A stretch of 64,000 nt of DNA from a virus (Duplodnaviria; Caudoviricetes): IMG/VR virus record IMGVR_UViG_3300025723_000013, one strand, 5' to 3'. The position numbers and the translations under genes were made by a program. Shown here piece after piece: positions 11,116-20,089 of this stretch. Below the pieces are notes generated by a model. The model saw only the letters and a list, made by a program, of their open reading frames with translations, ran no database searches and was not told the DNA's origin. Each line of letters begins with the position of its first letter. The first letter of the stretch is position 1.

Positions 11116-11699
11116 TCAACTTCGATCTGCGGAACTTTTTTCTTAGATTTTGGAGGATCTAATTTATCTGCTTCCTTGCGTAAATGGGTAGCCTCTGTGT
11201 AAAGTGCATCAGCTCTAGCTCGCATCTCTTCTGGTGTCAAGTCAAACTTAGCTTTATCGCTTGATACCGATTCGTTAACAGGGCTTTTCTTCTTATTACG
11301 TGAAGGCTTTTCCGCATTTTCGTCTTTGACTGCTAAATCTTCAACGCTAACGCCTTTTTGTTGAGCAATAATCTTGTTGAGCTCATCCAAAGGAATTTGA
11401 GATTGGCTGTCAGGAGTCATAAGAACCATGTGGGTAGGTACTTTTTTTAAATGACCCTGACTATGCAAATATCCTAACATAACACTGCCGTCTGGAAATC
11501 TCCTAGTGGCCAAAACATCGGCCAGTTCGTTAGACTGCTGAGCAGTTTCACTTTCAATCAAACTCATCAAGCTGTCATGAAATGCATCTGCCAATCCCTG
11601 AGTACCCACTACCAGAGCAGAAGTTGCATCTCCTGGTAGAGTTCTATAAACCACAGCTAATCTCGCTGAGTTATTTTTCATTTTACCAACATGTTTCAT
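11112..11699 (-). CDS. Hypothetical phage protein
   Basis: 195-aa ORF with SD AAGGA; charged helical C-terminus. Confidence 0.75.
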   Translation of the reverse strand: MKHVGKMKNNSARLAVVYRTLPGDATSALVVGTQGLADAFHDSLMSLIESETAQQSNELADVLATRRFPDGSVMLGYLHSQGHLKKVPTHMVLMTPDSQSQIPLDELNKIIAQQKGVSVEDLAVKDENAEKPSRNKKKSPVNESVSSDKAKFDLTPEEMRARADALYTEATHLRKEADKLDPPKSKKKVPQIEVE

Positions 11700-11711
11700 A
11701 TAATATCCTTA

Positions 11712-11924
11712 TTAAGCTACTGATTTTTCAGTTGTAGCTGTCTCAAGAGCATTAACAAATGTATCTAATTTTGAGAAAACTGTGCCAACTGCCAACATTT
11801 CCGATGCAGCAAACGCGCCTCGACGAGACGCCATATCAACCACGGCGCGAAGGTTCTTTAAATCGCTCAATTCCAACGAAACTGGCGTCTGCTGTTGTGA
11901 AACATTTTCTGTATTCTCTGTCAT
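11712..11924 (-). CDS. Hypothetical phage protein
   Basis: 70-aa ORF, SD AAGGAG, TAAATA upstream at 11986-11981. Confidence 0.75.
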   Translation of the reverse strand: MTENTENVSQQQTPVSLELSDLKNLRAVVDMASRRGAFAASEMLAVGTVFSKLDTFVNALETATTEKSVA

Positions 11925-11992
11925 AATATCTCCTTTATTTTTGTAATGTGTATAGACTACGGTTAATTTTATACCTATATTATTTACGCCAA

Positions 11993-12016
11993 TTTAGTCG
12001 CTTGGCTAAATTTTTT
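11993..12016 (+). terminator. Intrinsic terminator-like hairpin on the + (antisense) strand
   Basis: TTTAGTC-GCTT-GGCTAAA stem (one G.U pair) followed by TTTTTT. Confidence 0.45.
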
Positions 12017-12299
12017 AATCTCTTTTATTTAAATAAGGACACGCTAAACTAAACATAGTAAGTTCTCTCGGATCTTCCAATCCAATTTCACATACATCTA
12101 CTGTTTTTCGCTTTTCATCAAGTCCGTGTACAATGCTAACGCAATATCTACTATTTAGATTAAAATAAATCCACTGATCAATTTTTTCAACTTCTTGAAT
12201 CGATGAGATTTTTATAATTTCAAAATGAATAGGAATGTAGGGCAATCTTCTTTGCCCTACAATGTTAAGTGGATTCACAGTTCCTTTTATTAGAGACAT
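12015..12299 (-). CDS. Hypothetical phage protein
   Basis: 94-aa ORF abutting the VWA gene stop. Confidence 0.65.
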   Translation of the reverse strand: MSLIKGTVNPLNIVGQRRLPYIPIHFEIIKISSIQEVEKIDQWIYFNLNSRYCVSIVHGLDEKRKTVDVCEIGLEDPRELTMFSLACPYLNKRD

Positions 12300-13547
12300 T
12301 TACTTGTAATGCGCGGTTTGACCAAATGGAGCAGTAATAGAATCACTGCCGTGAATGATGAATAAAGTTTCGCAATAATCTTCATCACCCCACCCGCCGC
12401 CGGGTTGACCGTCGGTAAACATGATAAAACGTTTGGGTTCGATTCCATGTTCTTTCATAAATTCCCAATTGGCTTCAAACAAAGTACCGCCGCCGCCTTT
12501 GACTTCATACTCTAAAATTTCATCAGCATTATCACCAGTAAATTTGGCATAATTATAAACTCGTGTATCAAAACACCATAGATCCAATTTAAAATCAACG
12601 TATTCGTCCATGATGCCTTTGACTTCGCTAATCATTTCTTTGGCCTGAGTGTTGGTAATACTGCCACTCATATCAAAAGCCACTGCAACATCGATTGTTT
12701 CTTCGTTCATCATACCGGGCAATATTGCACCACTGTGCTGACTTTTACGATTGGGTCGAGAAAAACTGAAATTATTTTTTATGATGCTTTGAATATTCAT
12801 GCGCAACATCTGCCGCCAATCCATTTTAGGTTCAGTAAAATCTGAAATCATGCGACGTATACCTTCGGGAATCTTACCAGCACCCGCACTTTGCGCAGCG
12901 GCTACCATGGCTTCTTTAATTTCATCTCGAATTTGTTTACGTTCTTCGGCGGTTAGTTTAGGACGACCTCCGGATCCATCTGTACTACCGTCATCGCCGC
13001 CGCCACTATTTTCACCATCTAGATGTTCATCTAATAGCTCGCCCAATTGTTCAAAATCAATCTTTGGAGCTTTTTGATATAATTCATCATAGACCTGTTC
13101 ATAACTCCAGCCTCTATATTTGTTATCTTGGAAAATTTTGATAAAAGAAGGTACTTCGCCAATACGTTCATCTTTGCAGATTTGATTAACAGTATAATCT
13201 GCTGCGATGTTTGAAAGTACCGGATCTCGACTACTTCGTCGACCAAGATGATCAAATACATTATGCAGTACTTCATGAGCAAAACAAAATTCTGCTTCTT
13301 TTGGTTTGATTTTATTAACAAATTCATTGTTGTAATAAAACTTACGTCCATCCGTGGCCACAGTTGACAGCCATTCGCTGGCATCAATCAGTGTAAGACG
13401 GGTGGCCATATTGCCAAAGAATGGATGTCTTAGCAATAGACCGATACGTGCAGTTACAAGTTTTTCAACGATTTTATTTTTTTCTGCATTGGAAAATTCT
13501 CTCGTCTTGGTTTTTTTAACCTTTTCTTGTTTCATAATAGTGGTCAT
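12300..13547 (-). CDS. Metallopeptidase-like plus VWA domain protein (DUF2201-type partner of the AAA+ ATPase)
   Basis: HEXXH (AHEVLH) in the N-terminal half; Gly-rich linker; MIDAS-like DMSGS, GGGGT and FTDG motifs. Start could be a few codons downstream. Confidence 0.85.
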   Translation of the reverse strand: MTTIMKQEKVKKTKTREFSNAEKNKIVEKLVTARIGLLLRHPFFGNMATRLTLIDASEWLSTVATDGRKFYYNNEFVNKIKPKEAEFCFAHEVLHNVFDHLGRRSSRDPVLSNIAADYTVNQICKDERIGEVPSFIKIFQDNKYRGWSYEQVYDELYQKAPKIDFEQLGELLDEHLDGENSGGGDDGSTDGSGGRPKLTAEERKQIRDEIKEAMVAAAQSAGAGKIPEGIRRMISDFTEPKMDWRQMLRMNIQSIIKNNFSFSRPNRKSQHSGAILPGMMNEETIDVAVAFDMSGSITNTQAKEMISEVKGIMDEYVDFKLDLWCFDTRVYNYAKFTGDNADEILEYEVKGGGGTLFEANWEFMKEHGIEPKRFIMFTDGQPGGGWGDEDYCETLFIIHGSDSITAPFGQTAHYK

Positions 13548-13581
13548 AAAATTACCTATTCTTGTTTATAAAGTTATTAAT

Positions 13582-13608
13582 GATAAAAGGGGCTTTGCCC
13601 CTTTTATC
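13582..13608. terminator. Bidirectional terminator-like hairpin between the AAA+ and VWA genes
   Basis: Perfect 12-bp inverted repeat GATAAAAGGGGC-TTT-GCCCCTTTTATC directly after the ATPase stop. Confidence 0.75.
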
Positions 13609-14691
13609 TTATCCTTCCATTGCTTGGATAATAAATTTTCCATATTTGGCATGAAACTCATCAAAGTTTTTAAGTTTACTGGCATCAAACGGCAAGTTAT
13701 AATTGGTCAATGCAATTTTTGCGCCCATCACTGTTAATTCGGTTGGAAAATTGTCCATCATAAAACGAAAGAAATTATCGGCCATTACATCCCAATTTTT
13801 TACTTTCTTTTTATCGGATTCTTGCAGTTCATAGCACATGCTGATATTCAAAGAATACATAGCAGATACTTCTTTGATAGAGCATTTTTGCACCTTGCCT
13901 AATAAAATATCTGTTGGATTAGGCATCTGTTTAGCAACTTTTCGATGTGCCATAAATTTAACAGCAAGTCCTTCGCCCACTGCTCCTGCAATCAAATCAG
14001 TTAGTGTGCCTTCGTCAAGATCGTCATCCTCGAGAAGATTGCTCACAAAAGTCCAACTACGCGGAGTTGCAAATGCTCGACTTGCACTTTTTGGTTCAAA
14101 ATCATAAAGATCCTGTTTGGCAAAGCTGAGATATCCAACCACTTGCTCGTGAATCTTGTTATTGGTCGCCCAATTGAGATAATCCTCAAAATCAGTACGA
14201 AGTTCCACGTGCAAGAAACGATTTGCCAACGGAGCCGGCATACGATATGTAACACCTTTATCAGTTTCTCGATTACCAGCAGCAACAATGCTAACACCGT
14301 CGGGTAACTTATAGGTACCAACACGGCGGTTAAGAATTAATTGATAAGCAGCAGCCTGTGTGGCAGGAGCTGCAGAGTTCAGCTCGTCTAAAAATAAAAT
14401 TGCTGTACTATCAGGATCTGTAGGAAGTTCTACAGGTGGAGCCCAACACATCGTGCCTAGTTTGGAATTAAAGTAAGGAATTCCTTTAACATCAGTGGGT
14501 TCCCACAGACTCAAACGAACATCAATCACTTCTCGACCTTGTTCTTCGCCTACCTGTTGAACAATTTCGCTTTTACCGATACCAGGAGGTCCCCATAAAA
14601 ATACTGGACGTTTGATTTTGATACATTTACGAATGCTTTTTTTAGCTTCGTTAGGGCTAACTGTGCGATTTGCGGAAATTTTTTCTGCCAT
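13609..14691 (-). CDS. MoxR/dynein-related AAA+ ATPase
   Basis: Walker A GPPGIGKS, Walker B LFLDELN, AAGNR, arginine finger PLANRF, FATPRSW. Confidence 0.9.
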   Translation of the reverse strand: MAEKISANRTVSPNEAKKSIRKCIKIKRPVFLWGPPGIGKSEIVQQVGEEQGREVIDVRLSLWEPTDVKGIPYFNSKLGTMCWAPPVELPTDPDSTAILFLDELNSAAPATQAAAYQLILNRRVGTYKLPDGVSIVAAGNRETDKGVTYRMPAPLANRFLHVELRTDFEDYLNWATNNKIHEQVVGYLSFAKQDLYDFEPKSASRAFATPRSWTFVSNLLEDDDLDEGTLTDLIAGAVGEGLAVKFMAHRKVAKQMPNPTDILLGKVQKCSIKEVSAMYSLNISMCYELQESDKKKVKNWDVMADNFFRFMMDNFPTELTVMGAKIALTNYNLPFDASKLKNFDEFHAKYGKFIIQAMEG

Positions 14692-14764
14692 GTGACACCT
14701 TTGAAATGAGTTTCGATTAAAAATTACTACTGAAGCGTTATTTTATTAGATTTTTAATTCAGTG

Positions 14765-15145
14765 TCAATGAATTTTTGAAAGAGTATTTTTGGATTTACC
14801 AAATTTGTATAAATCGCCGCCAAACAATATCATTTGTACCGCTACTTTTTCTCGAGAAACATAGATGGCAGTTTTATTAATATACCATGGACAATCTATA
14901 AACTTATCTAGCCAAATAACCAATTGACTTGTCCAAACTGTATTTCCTGGTAAATCAATTTTATAAAATTTTAAAAAGTTACTGAATGATTTAAATCCTT
15001 CCGAGGTTAAACGCAGACTTCTTTCACCATTTGTTCTTATATTAAACCACCAAGATTTATAGTTTTTTCGTATCAAGACATCGTCGGGTGTTTGGCCCAA
15101 GGAATCTTTTAATGTTTCCAAGGTTAATTTATATTTGGTATCCAT
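14765..15145 (-). CDS. Hypothetical phage protein
   Basis: 126-aa ORF in the - strand operon. Confidence 0.7.
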   Translation of the reverse strand: MDTKYKLTLETLKDSLGQTPDDVLIRKNYKSWWFNIRTNGERSLRLTSEGFKSFSNFLKFYKIDLPGNTVWTSQLVIWLDKFIDCPWYINKTAIYVSREKVAVQMILFGGDLYKFGKSKNTLSKIH

Positions 15146-15157
15146 GATGCATTGTAC

Positions 15158-15442
15158 TTATGCGACCTTTTGGCCGGTTACTAATTTATAAACAGAAAAA
15201 TCATTGGTATTGAATAATTTGTTTAATTTTTCTGACAAATTTAATGCGTGACCAACATTGGAAAAGGATACCTTTTTGTATTTAGGTCCTACTTGTTGTG
15301 CAACAATTGAGTTGGTTTTAAGATTAATAGGGCTATCTTTATAAAAAACTGCCCAAATTGCCTCGGCTTCTAACACCTGTTCGGTTTTAAAATTTTTTTT
15401 ATTAGTGATTTCTAATAAAATATTAGGTTTTGGACGTGACAT
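15158..15442 (-). CDS. Hypothetical phage protein
   Basis: 94-aa ORF preceded by a TAAATA motif and a leader hairpin. Confidence 0.7.
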   Translation of the reverse strand: MSRPKPNILLEITNKKNFKTEQVLEAEAIWAVFYKDSPINLKTNSIVAQQVGPKYKKVSFSNVGHALNLSEKLNKLFNTNDFSVYKLVTGQKVA

Positions 15443-15487
15443 AGTGTGTTCCCTATTGAATTACACACTTATTTATTCAAACTTTTT

Positions 15488-15715
15488 TTAAAACAGCCCT
15501 CCGTCCATTTTTATGGACAATGATGCAGGCTGATTTTGTGAATTTTGTAATTTTTCGTCTAATTCACCTGCAAGCCTAGTCATTACTACAGCTAGACTGT
15601 CTGACAACATTTGCACATCTTTTATATCTAAAATTAATTTTTTTTGATTATTTTTGATAGCGATTCTTGCCTTTTCGAGATAATTTTCAATAGGTAATGT
15701 ATTGAGTTGATTCAT
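15488..15715 (-). CDS. Hypothetical phage protein
   Basis: 75-aa ORF with ATGA overlap to the upstream gene. Confidence 0.65.
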   Translation of the reverse strand: MNQLNTLPIENYLEKARIAIKNNQKKLILDIKDVQMLSDSLAVVMTRLAGELDEKLQNSQNQPASLSIKMDGGLF

Positions 15716-16194
15716 TGTTTATTGACCACATTTAATTGAATTTTCATTTCTTGTTCGGTCTTAAATGGTCCTTGATAAGGATATCGTTCTAGTGTAATCA
15801 ATTTTGGACAAAAACTTTTTGCCCACCTTTTACGGAATTTAATTATATAATATCCTGCGCAGTATAAACTTTTACTTTTTGAATTCTTAGAATAAATTGG
15901 TAATTTTTTCTTTATATTGTACACAGAATTAAATGGACGACAGCTACAAGGAAAGTCATAGATTGAGTTAATATCATTATTTTTCAAGTTTGACTTGATA
16001 TTATTGAGACTTTCTTTAAAAAGTTCTTCGCCAAATTTTGATTTTACCGCAGATATGTCTTTTAACTCTATTTTCTTTCCTTTGGTAAAAAATGCATATC
16101 CTTTTTCTTGTTTATTTAGAGTTCCAAGTTTACTTCCATGTTCTTCTAAAATCCATGCTTTATTAGGAATTAATACTTTTGCGTTGGTATTCAT
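15712..16194 (-). CDS. Hypothetical phage protein
   Basis: 160-aa basic ORF in the operon. Confidence 0.7.
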   Translation of the reverse strand: MNTNAKVLIPNKAWILEEHGSKLGTLNKQEKGYAFFTKGKKIELKDISAVKSKFGEELFKESLNNIKSNLKNNDINSIYDFPCSCRPFNSVYNIKKKLPIYSKNSKSKSLYCAGYYIIKFRKRWAKSFCPKLITLERYPYQGPFKTEQEMKIQLNVVNKQ

Positions 16195-16212
16195 ATATAT
16201 CTTCTTTATTAT

Positions 16213-17202
16213 TTAATATGATTGATATTTGGCATTTAATGCTTCAACATAGCTGTCAATTTGCTCTGTTATTTTTACTAAACTATAAGAATTACAAAAC
16301 TTCAATAATCGTATTCCTACCTGACCAACATTTTTATTTTGATTTCGAGCATTATCTATTGTCTCTTTGATAACTGCTTTAATTTCTTCGGGCTGTGCGG
16401 TTAGATCGCACAATTGAACATTTCTTTGATAATCTTTAATCACCTGATGCTCAACTCCTTCGTGATCAGTCCAGCGTTGGAGCATTAAATTATTCCAATT
16501 GTATCCTTTAGAATTCCTATCTGCATACGCCTCTTGCAATCCAACTTTATTTTTAGTGCCTTTGGTTCTTACGCCGGGATATGCGCTAAAGATATTGTCG
16601 CTGGTGTCTCCGCGCATGCATTTTTCAAAAAGTAACCACTCTGGATCCGGCGCTGTTTTTTCCGCATTGGTTTTCTTATCTACAACGGGCTTGCCTTTTT
16701 CGTCAAAATAACCTTCATGAGTAATAGTTACTCCGCTTATTCCGTTATACTGACGAACATTAGGCGCCACTAATTGTGCAAAATCACCATCGGTACTAAT
16801 GATAACATGATCCTTGTCTGGATGTGACTGTATCCATCCAGCAATGAGATCATCGGCTTCCAATTGTGGATGCTGTAACACAGTACAATTCGTTTTATCT
16901 TTAACAAAGTCTTTAAATTGATCAAATGTTTCCCAAAAAATACGATCTTCTTCGGCTTCTTTGGGACTTTGTGCGGCACGCGCTTCGGTACGCTGTCTTT
17001 TATAAGGCGGGTAAATATCTTTACGCCAAGATCTTCCTTCTAGACAAAAAACCACATGACTTCCATTAAAATCTTTCCAACTTTTCCTAATACTGGTCAA
17101 GATGGTGTGTATGCTCATGCCAACTTTGTCATCCAAACTTCCCCATGTGGCGTGTCTGGCGCGAAAGAATGTGTTAGCTGTATCTACAAGAATATATGTC
17201 AT
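16213..17202 (-). CDS. rnh: 5'-3' exonuclease / T4 RNase H-like flap nuclease
   Basis: Motifs LVDTAN, SWRKDIYPPYK, LEADDLIA, STDGDFAQL, GDTSDNI. Confidence 0.9.
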   Translation of the reverse strand: MTYILVDTANTFFRARHATWGSLDDKVGMSIHTILTSIRKSWKDFNGSHVVFCLEGRSWRKDIYPPYKRQRTEARAAQSPKEAEEDRIFWETFDQFKDFVKDKTNCTVLQHPQLEADDLIAGWIQSHPDKDHVIISTDGDFAQLVAPNVRQYNGISGVTITHEGYFDEKGKPVVDKKTNAEKTAPDPEWLLFEKCMRGDTSDNIFSAYPGVRTKGTKNKVGLQEAYADRNSKGYNWNNLMLQRWTDHEGVEHQVIKDYQRNVQLCDLTAQPEEIKAVIKETIDNARNQNKNVGQVGIRLLKFCNSYSLVKITEQIDSYVEALNAKYQSY

Positions 17203-17681
17203 TAGCTGATTTCTGACCTTCCGTCCCCTAGATTTTGGACGTTAATGTAACCACTGCCTCTACGGTCCATTTCAACTCCGGTTTCTGATGCCACATTTTT
17301 ACAGATTTCTCTAAACCATGCATCAACCACTTCTTCGTCACTGTCGCCGTAGTACCCTTCAGCCTTCAATTGTACAACAAAATGATCATTCCAGTCAAGC
17401 TCAAAGAACCCGTTGCGGATATTTTGATCATTGATGTGAGTTTGCAGCACATTGATATAGGGTTCTTTTTTGGAATTGGCGATTTCTTTAGGAGTCATCC
17501 TAGCAAATGCTTCGGATACCCGACGCTCTTCGTCGGCACGCGCAGCAGCAGCCGTGGCTTCTTCGGCTTTTTGAAATGCCTGTTGTGTTAAACTGTCTAG
17601 TTTTTCTTTAAGTTGTTTTGCTGTTTCTACCTCAGCTTCGATCTTGTCAATACCAAATAACTTTTTAATAAATTTTTTCAT
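17202..17681 (-). CDS. Hypothetical phage protein (coiled-coil N-half)
   Basis: Likely start at 17681 (MKKFIKK, SD AGGA) rather than the track's 17720. Confidence 0.65.
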   Translation of the reverse strand: MKKFIKKLFGIDKIEAEVETAKQLKEKLDSLTQQAFQKAEEATAAAARADEERRVSEAFARMTPKEIANSKKEPYINVLQTHINDQNIRNGFFELDWNDHFVVQLKAEGYYGDSDEEVVDAWFREICKNVASETGVEMDRRGSGYINVQNLGDGRSEIS

Positions 17682-17688
17682 AAATTTC

Positions 17689-17940
17689 CTATCGATGAAA
17701 TCGACCTTTGCTATGATCAACCATTTTGTGCACTTCAGGACCCTGACTCACAAAGTCCATGCCGGCAGATCTACCTTCATAAATCCTGCCATTCCACGTC
17801 ATGGGTAATTTAATAGTGTTATTGATAATAACCGTCATCTTATCTTGATGTTTAAAAAAGATAACTTCTGCATCAACAGCTTTTCCGTTCTTTTCCTGAG
17901 TAACTTTACAATTTTTGTCGTGCCGATAAGAATCCATCAT
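17689..17940 (-). CDS. Hypothetical small phage protein
   Basis: ATG at 17940 overlaps the queE stop (ATGA); about 83 aa. Confidence 0.6.
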   Translation of the reverse strand: MMDSYRHDKNCKVTQEKNGKAVDAEVIFFKHQDKMTVIINNTIKLPMTWNGRIYEGRSAGMDFVSQGPEVHKMVDHSKGRFHR

Positions 17941-18809
17941 GTTCCCCAAGCATTTCCAAATAGATCGCATTGCAGTCTTGGACTATAACGCCAGCCTTGA
18001 CTCATGGCATATTCTGCCACTTGACGATTATTCATTTCATATGTTTCCACAGTTCCGCCTACTGGCATCAAGTAGACTGGGCACAAAACATCAGCTTGGC
18101 GATAAGCTTCCACAGCACGATTAACATCGACCAAATCATCAGTATTGGCAACAACAAACTTAAGATACAGATTGCTACCACCATTAATAGATAAATCATA
18201 GTAAGATTTAACAACGTAAGGCTGAATCGCTTCCTCCCAATTCTCACCGCTAACCGTGAGTTTCGGGCTGCAGGACCAGGTGATGTGTAAATTGTTTCTT
18301 TGTTGTAGATAATCGGAAAAATCCTTGTGAAGCTTTTGAGTTGCATTTGTTTCAAATGTGAGATTTTTTAGATCTCGCATGCCTTCGTGTTCTAATAGGT
18401 CAATATAACTGCGTTGCCAGCCCAATAAAGGTTCGCCTCCGGTTATAACCAAGTGTATATCTTGACCGTTTGGTTGTGTCCACTGATTATTTGGTATCAA
18501 TTGTAATAAGCGTTCTACAATGGCGTCCGTATCATTTTTAATTGCAAATTTTTTAAATTCTGAATATACACTTGAATATGAATCACATCCGGTTTTAACT
18601 AGCGGAAGATCATCAAATGTTTTATATTGATCAATATTTTCAATTATTTTCTCAACTTCAGGATTTTTATCTTGGATAACTTTTGAAGAACGACCAAATG
18701 ATTTACATTTAAAATTGCAACCAAAGGTTCTAAAAAAAACACTAGGAATACCGGTCCATACTCCTTCACCTTGCAATGAATAAAATGTCTCTGTATAATG
18801 TATTTTCAT
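17937..18809 (-). CDS. queE: 7-carboxy-7-deazaguanine synthase (radical SAM)
   Basis: ETFYSLQGEG, FFRTFGCNFKC...GCDS (split CxxxC..C), VITGGEP, FETN, SPK, LMPVGG, SPRLQ. Likely start MKIHY at 18809. Confidence 0.92.
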   Translation of the reverse strand: MKIHYTETFYSLQGEGVWTGIPSVFFRTFGCNFKCKSFGRSSKVIQDKNPEVEKIIENIDQYKTFDDLPLVKTGCDSYSSVYSEFKKFAIKNDTDAIVERLLQLIPNNQWTQPNGQDIHLVITGGEPLLGWQRSYIDLLEHEGMRDLKNLTFETNATQKLHKDFSDYLQQRNNLHITWSCSPKLTVSGENWEEAIQPYVVKSYYDLSINGGSNLYLKFVVANTDDLVDVNRAVEAYRQADVLCPVYLMPVGGTVETYEMNNRQVAEYAMSQGWRYSPRLQCDLFGNAWGT

Positions 18810-18813
18810 TTTT

Positions 18814-19587
18814 TTACCTTTTAACTGTTTTAATTCCGTATTCTTCAAAAGTTAGTCCGACAAAATCTGTAAATTCTGGATGAATTAATACAAATATTTT
18901 ACTAATTATAGCATTTCTATTAATTACAATCAACGTATTTTTTGAAAATGTCGGATATAATTTTAACAAATCTATACTTCCTTCGCAGTATCCTTTTGGA
19001 GTTTCATATGCGTATTTTGATGCTGCTAAACTCCTAATTCTTGATCCTTTTTTAACATTTCTTTTTTTCCGAGCAGCAAGTGTTTTTTTTAATTTTGTTT
19101 CGATAGAATCTTTTCTTCCCTTTGCAATTGCTGCATAAAGCACACCGTTATATTTTTCAAATAGTTTTTTAGGTATTCTTGCAACTTCTTCTGTGATTAA
19201 ATGTTTTGCTACTACTGTATTTTTACTATATTGGCTAACTATTTTTGAGTGTTTTTCTCTGATATAGGAGTACACTCTATTAGTAATTTTATAATTTCTT
19301 CCAGAATGAATAGAATAAATCATTTTATGCAATGCCTTTATCATTTTAGGATTATTGGTAGCTTTTGCTAATAAAAGATGTGCGATAAAATGATGTCTAG
19401 CACTTAATTTAATTAAATTAGTTCCTTCTGTTCCTCCAATAGATCGAGGAACAATATGATGCATTTCGGTATATCCGGAAAAATTAATAGTTTTACAGAT
19501 TTCTATGAATTTAATATATCGTTCAATTAAAAGTATTTTAGGATTATGAGAATATTTTAACAAATATATTTTAAGGTCGTTAGACAT
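18814..19587 (-). CDS. Free-standing HNH homing endonuclease-like protein
   Basis: TEMHHIVPRSIGG..NLIKLSARHHFIAHLLL; Lys-rich NUMOD-like tail; SD GGAG at 19600-19597. Confidence 0.85.
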   Translation of the reverse strand: MSNDLKIYLLKYSHNPKILLIERYIKFIEICKTINFSGYTEMHHIVPRSIGGTEGTNLIKLSARHHFIAHLLLAKATNNPKMIKALHKMIYSIHSGRNYKITNRVYSYIREKHSKIVSQYSKNTVVAKHLITEEVARIPKKLFEKYNGVLYAAIAKGRKDSIETKLKKTLAARKKRNVKKGSRIRSLAASKYAYETPKGYCEGSIDLLKLYPTFSKNTLIVINRNAIISKIFVLIHPEFTDFVGLTFEEYGIKTVKR

Positions 19588-19596
19588 TAGATTTTA

Positions 19597-19670
19597 CTCC
19601 AGTAAAGTAGTAGAAGGCTATCTGTGTTACTGGTACAGAAGGATGATCAGTCCTTTCGCCTTCTACCACT
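19597..19670 (-). ncRNA. Putative structured RNA leader (three-way junction plus SD-pairing pseudoknot) of the HNH gene
   Basis: 13-bp P1 (one G.U), two inner hairpins, and loop CCAGUAA complementary to UUACUGG overlapping the SD. See findings. Confidence 0.6.
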
Positions 19671-20088
19671 TATTTATTTTAACATTATCTAAATTTGGAT
19701 CATGATAATTTCCTTTTCCTGGGATAACGTGCCTTACTCCACCTCTAGGATTGTCTACATCGCCAAATTTCCTTGGAATAAGATGCACATGCGGCCACAT
19801 CACAGTTTGTCCTGCAGCCTCGCCATAATTAATTCCTATATTGAATCCATCCCATACTTGATTTGTTACTTGATCTTTTCCATAACGAACAGCATCTTCA
19901 AATGCGTCATTTAGAATGTAGATACTATTATATCTTGGAACAAAAAGCAAATGTCCTTCACTTACCGGAAATTTATCTCGATATATGATCACATGAAAAT
20001 CTTCACGGAAAACATCTTTCCAAGGAACGTTTGCATCCTCAATCACTGCTGGTCCATCAAAAATCCTATCTACATCGATATTTGTCAT
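19663..20088 (-). CDS. HIT family nucleotide hydrolase
   Basis: DKFPVSEGHLLFVPR, GFNIGIN.GEAAGQTV, histidine triad WPHVHLIPR. Likely start at 20088. Confidence 0.92.
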   Translation of the reverse strand: MTNIDVDRIFDGPAVIEDANVPWKDVFREDFHVIIYRDKFPVSEGHLLFVPRYNSIYILNDAFEDAVRYGKDQVTNQVWDGFNIGINYGEAAGQTVMWPHVHLIPRKFGDVDNPRGGVRHVIPGKGNYHDPNLDNVKINKW

Positions 20089-20089
20089 G

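Noticed and set aside
18814-19587. HNH as cargo of a group I intron splitting one gene
   Set aside because: HIT and queE each appear complete with their own termini, and no intron core is visible in the short flanks.
19606-19670. Hammerhead ribozyme reading of the HNH leader (GAAA and CUGAUCA are present)
   Set aside because: CUGAUCA sits in a hairpin loop, not in the junction, and the junction strand is AUA rather than CUGANGA, so the catalytic core cannot form.
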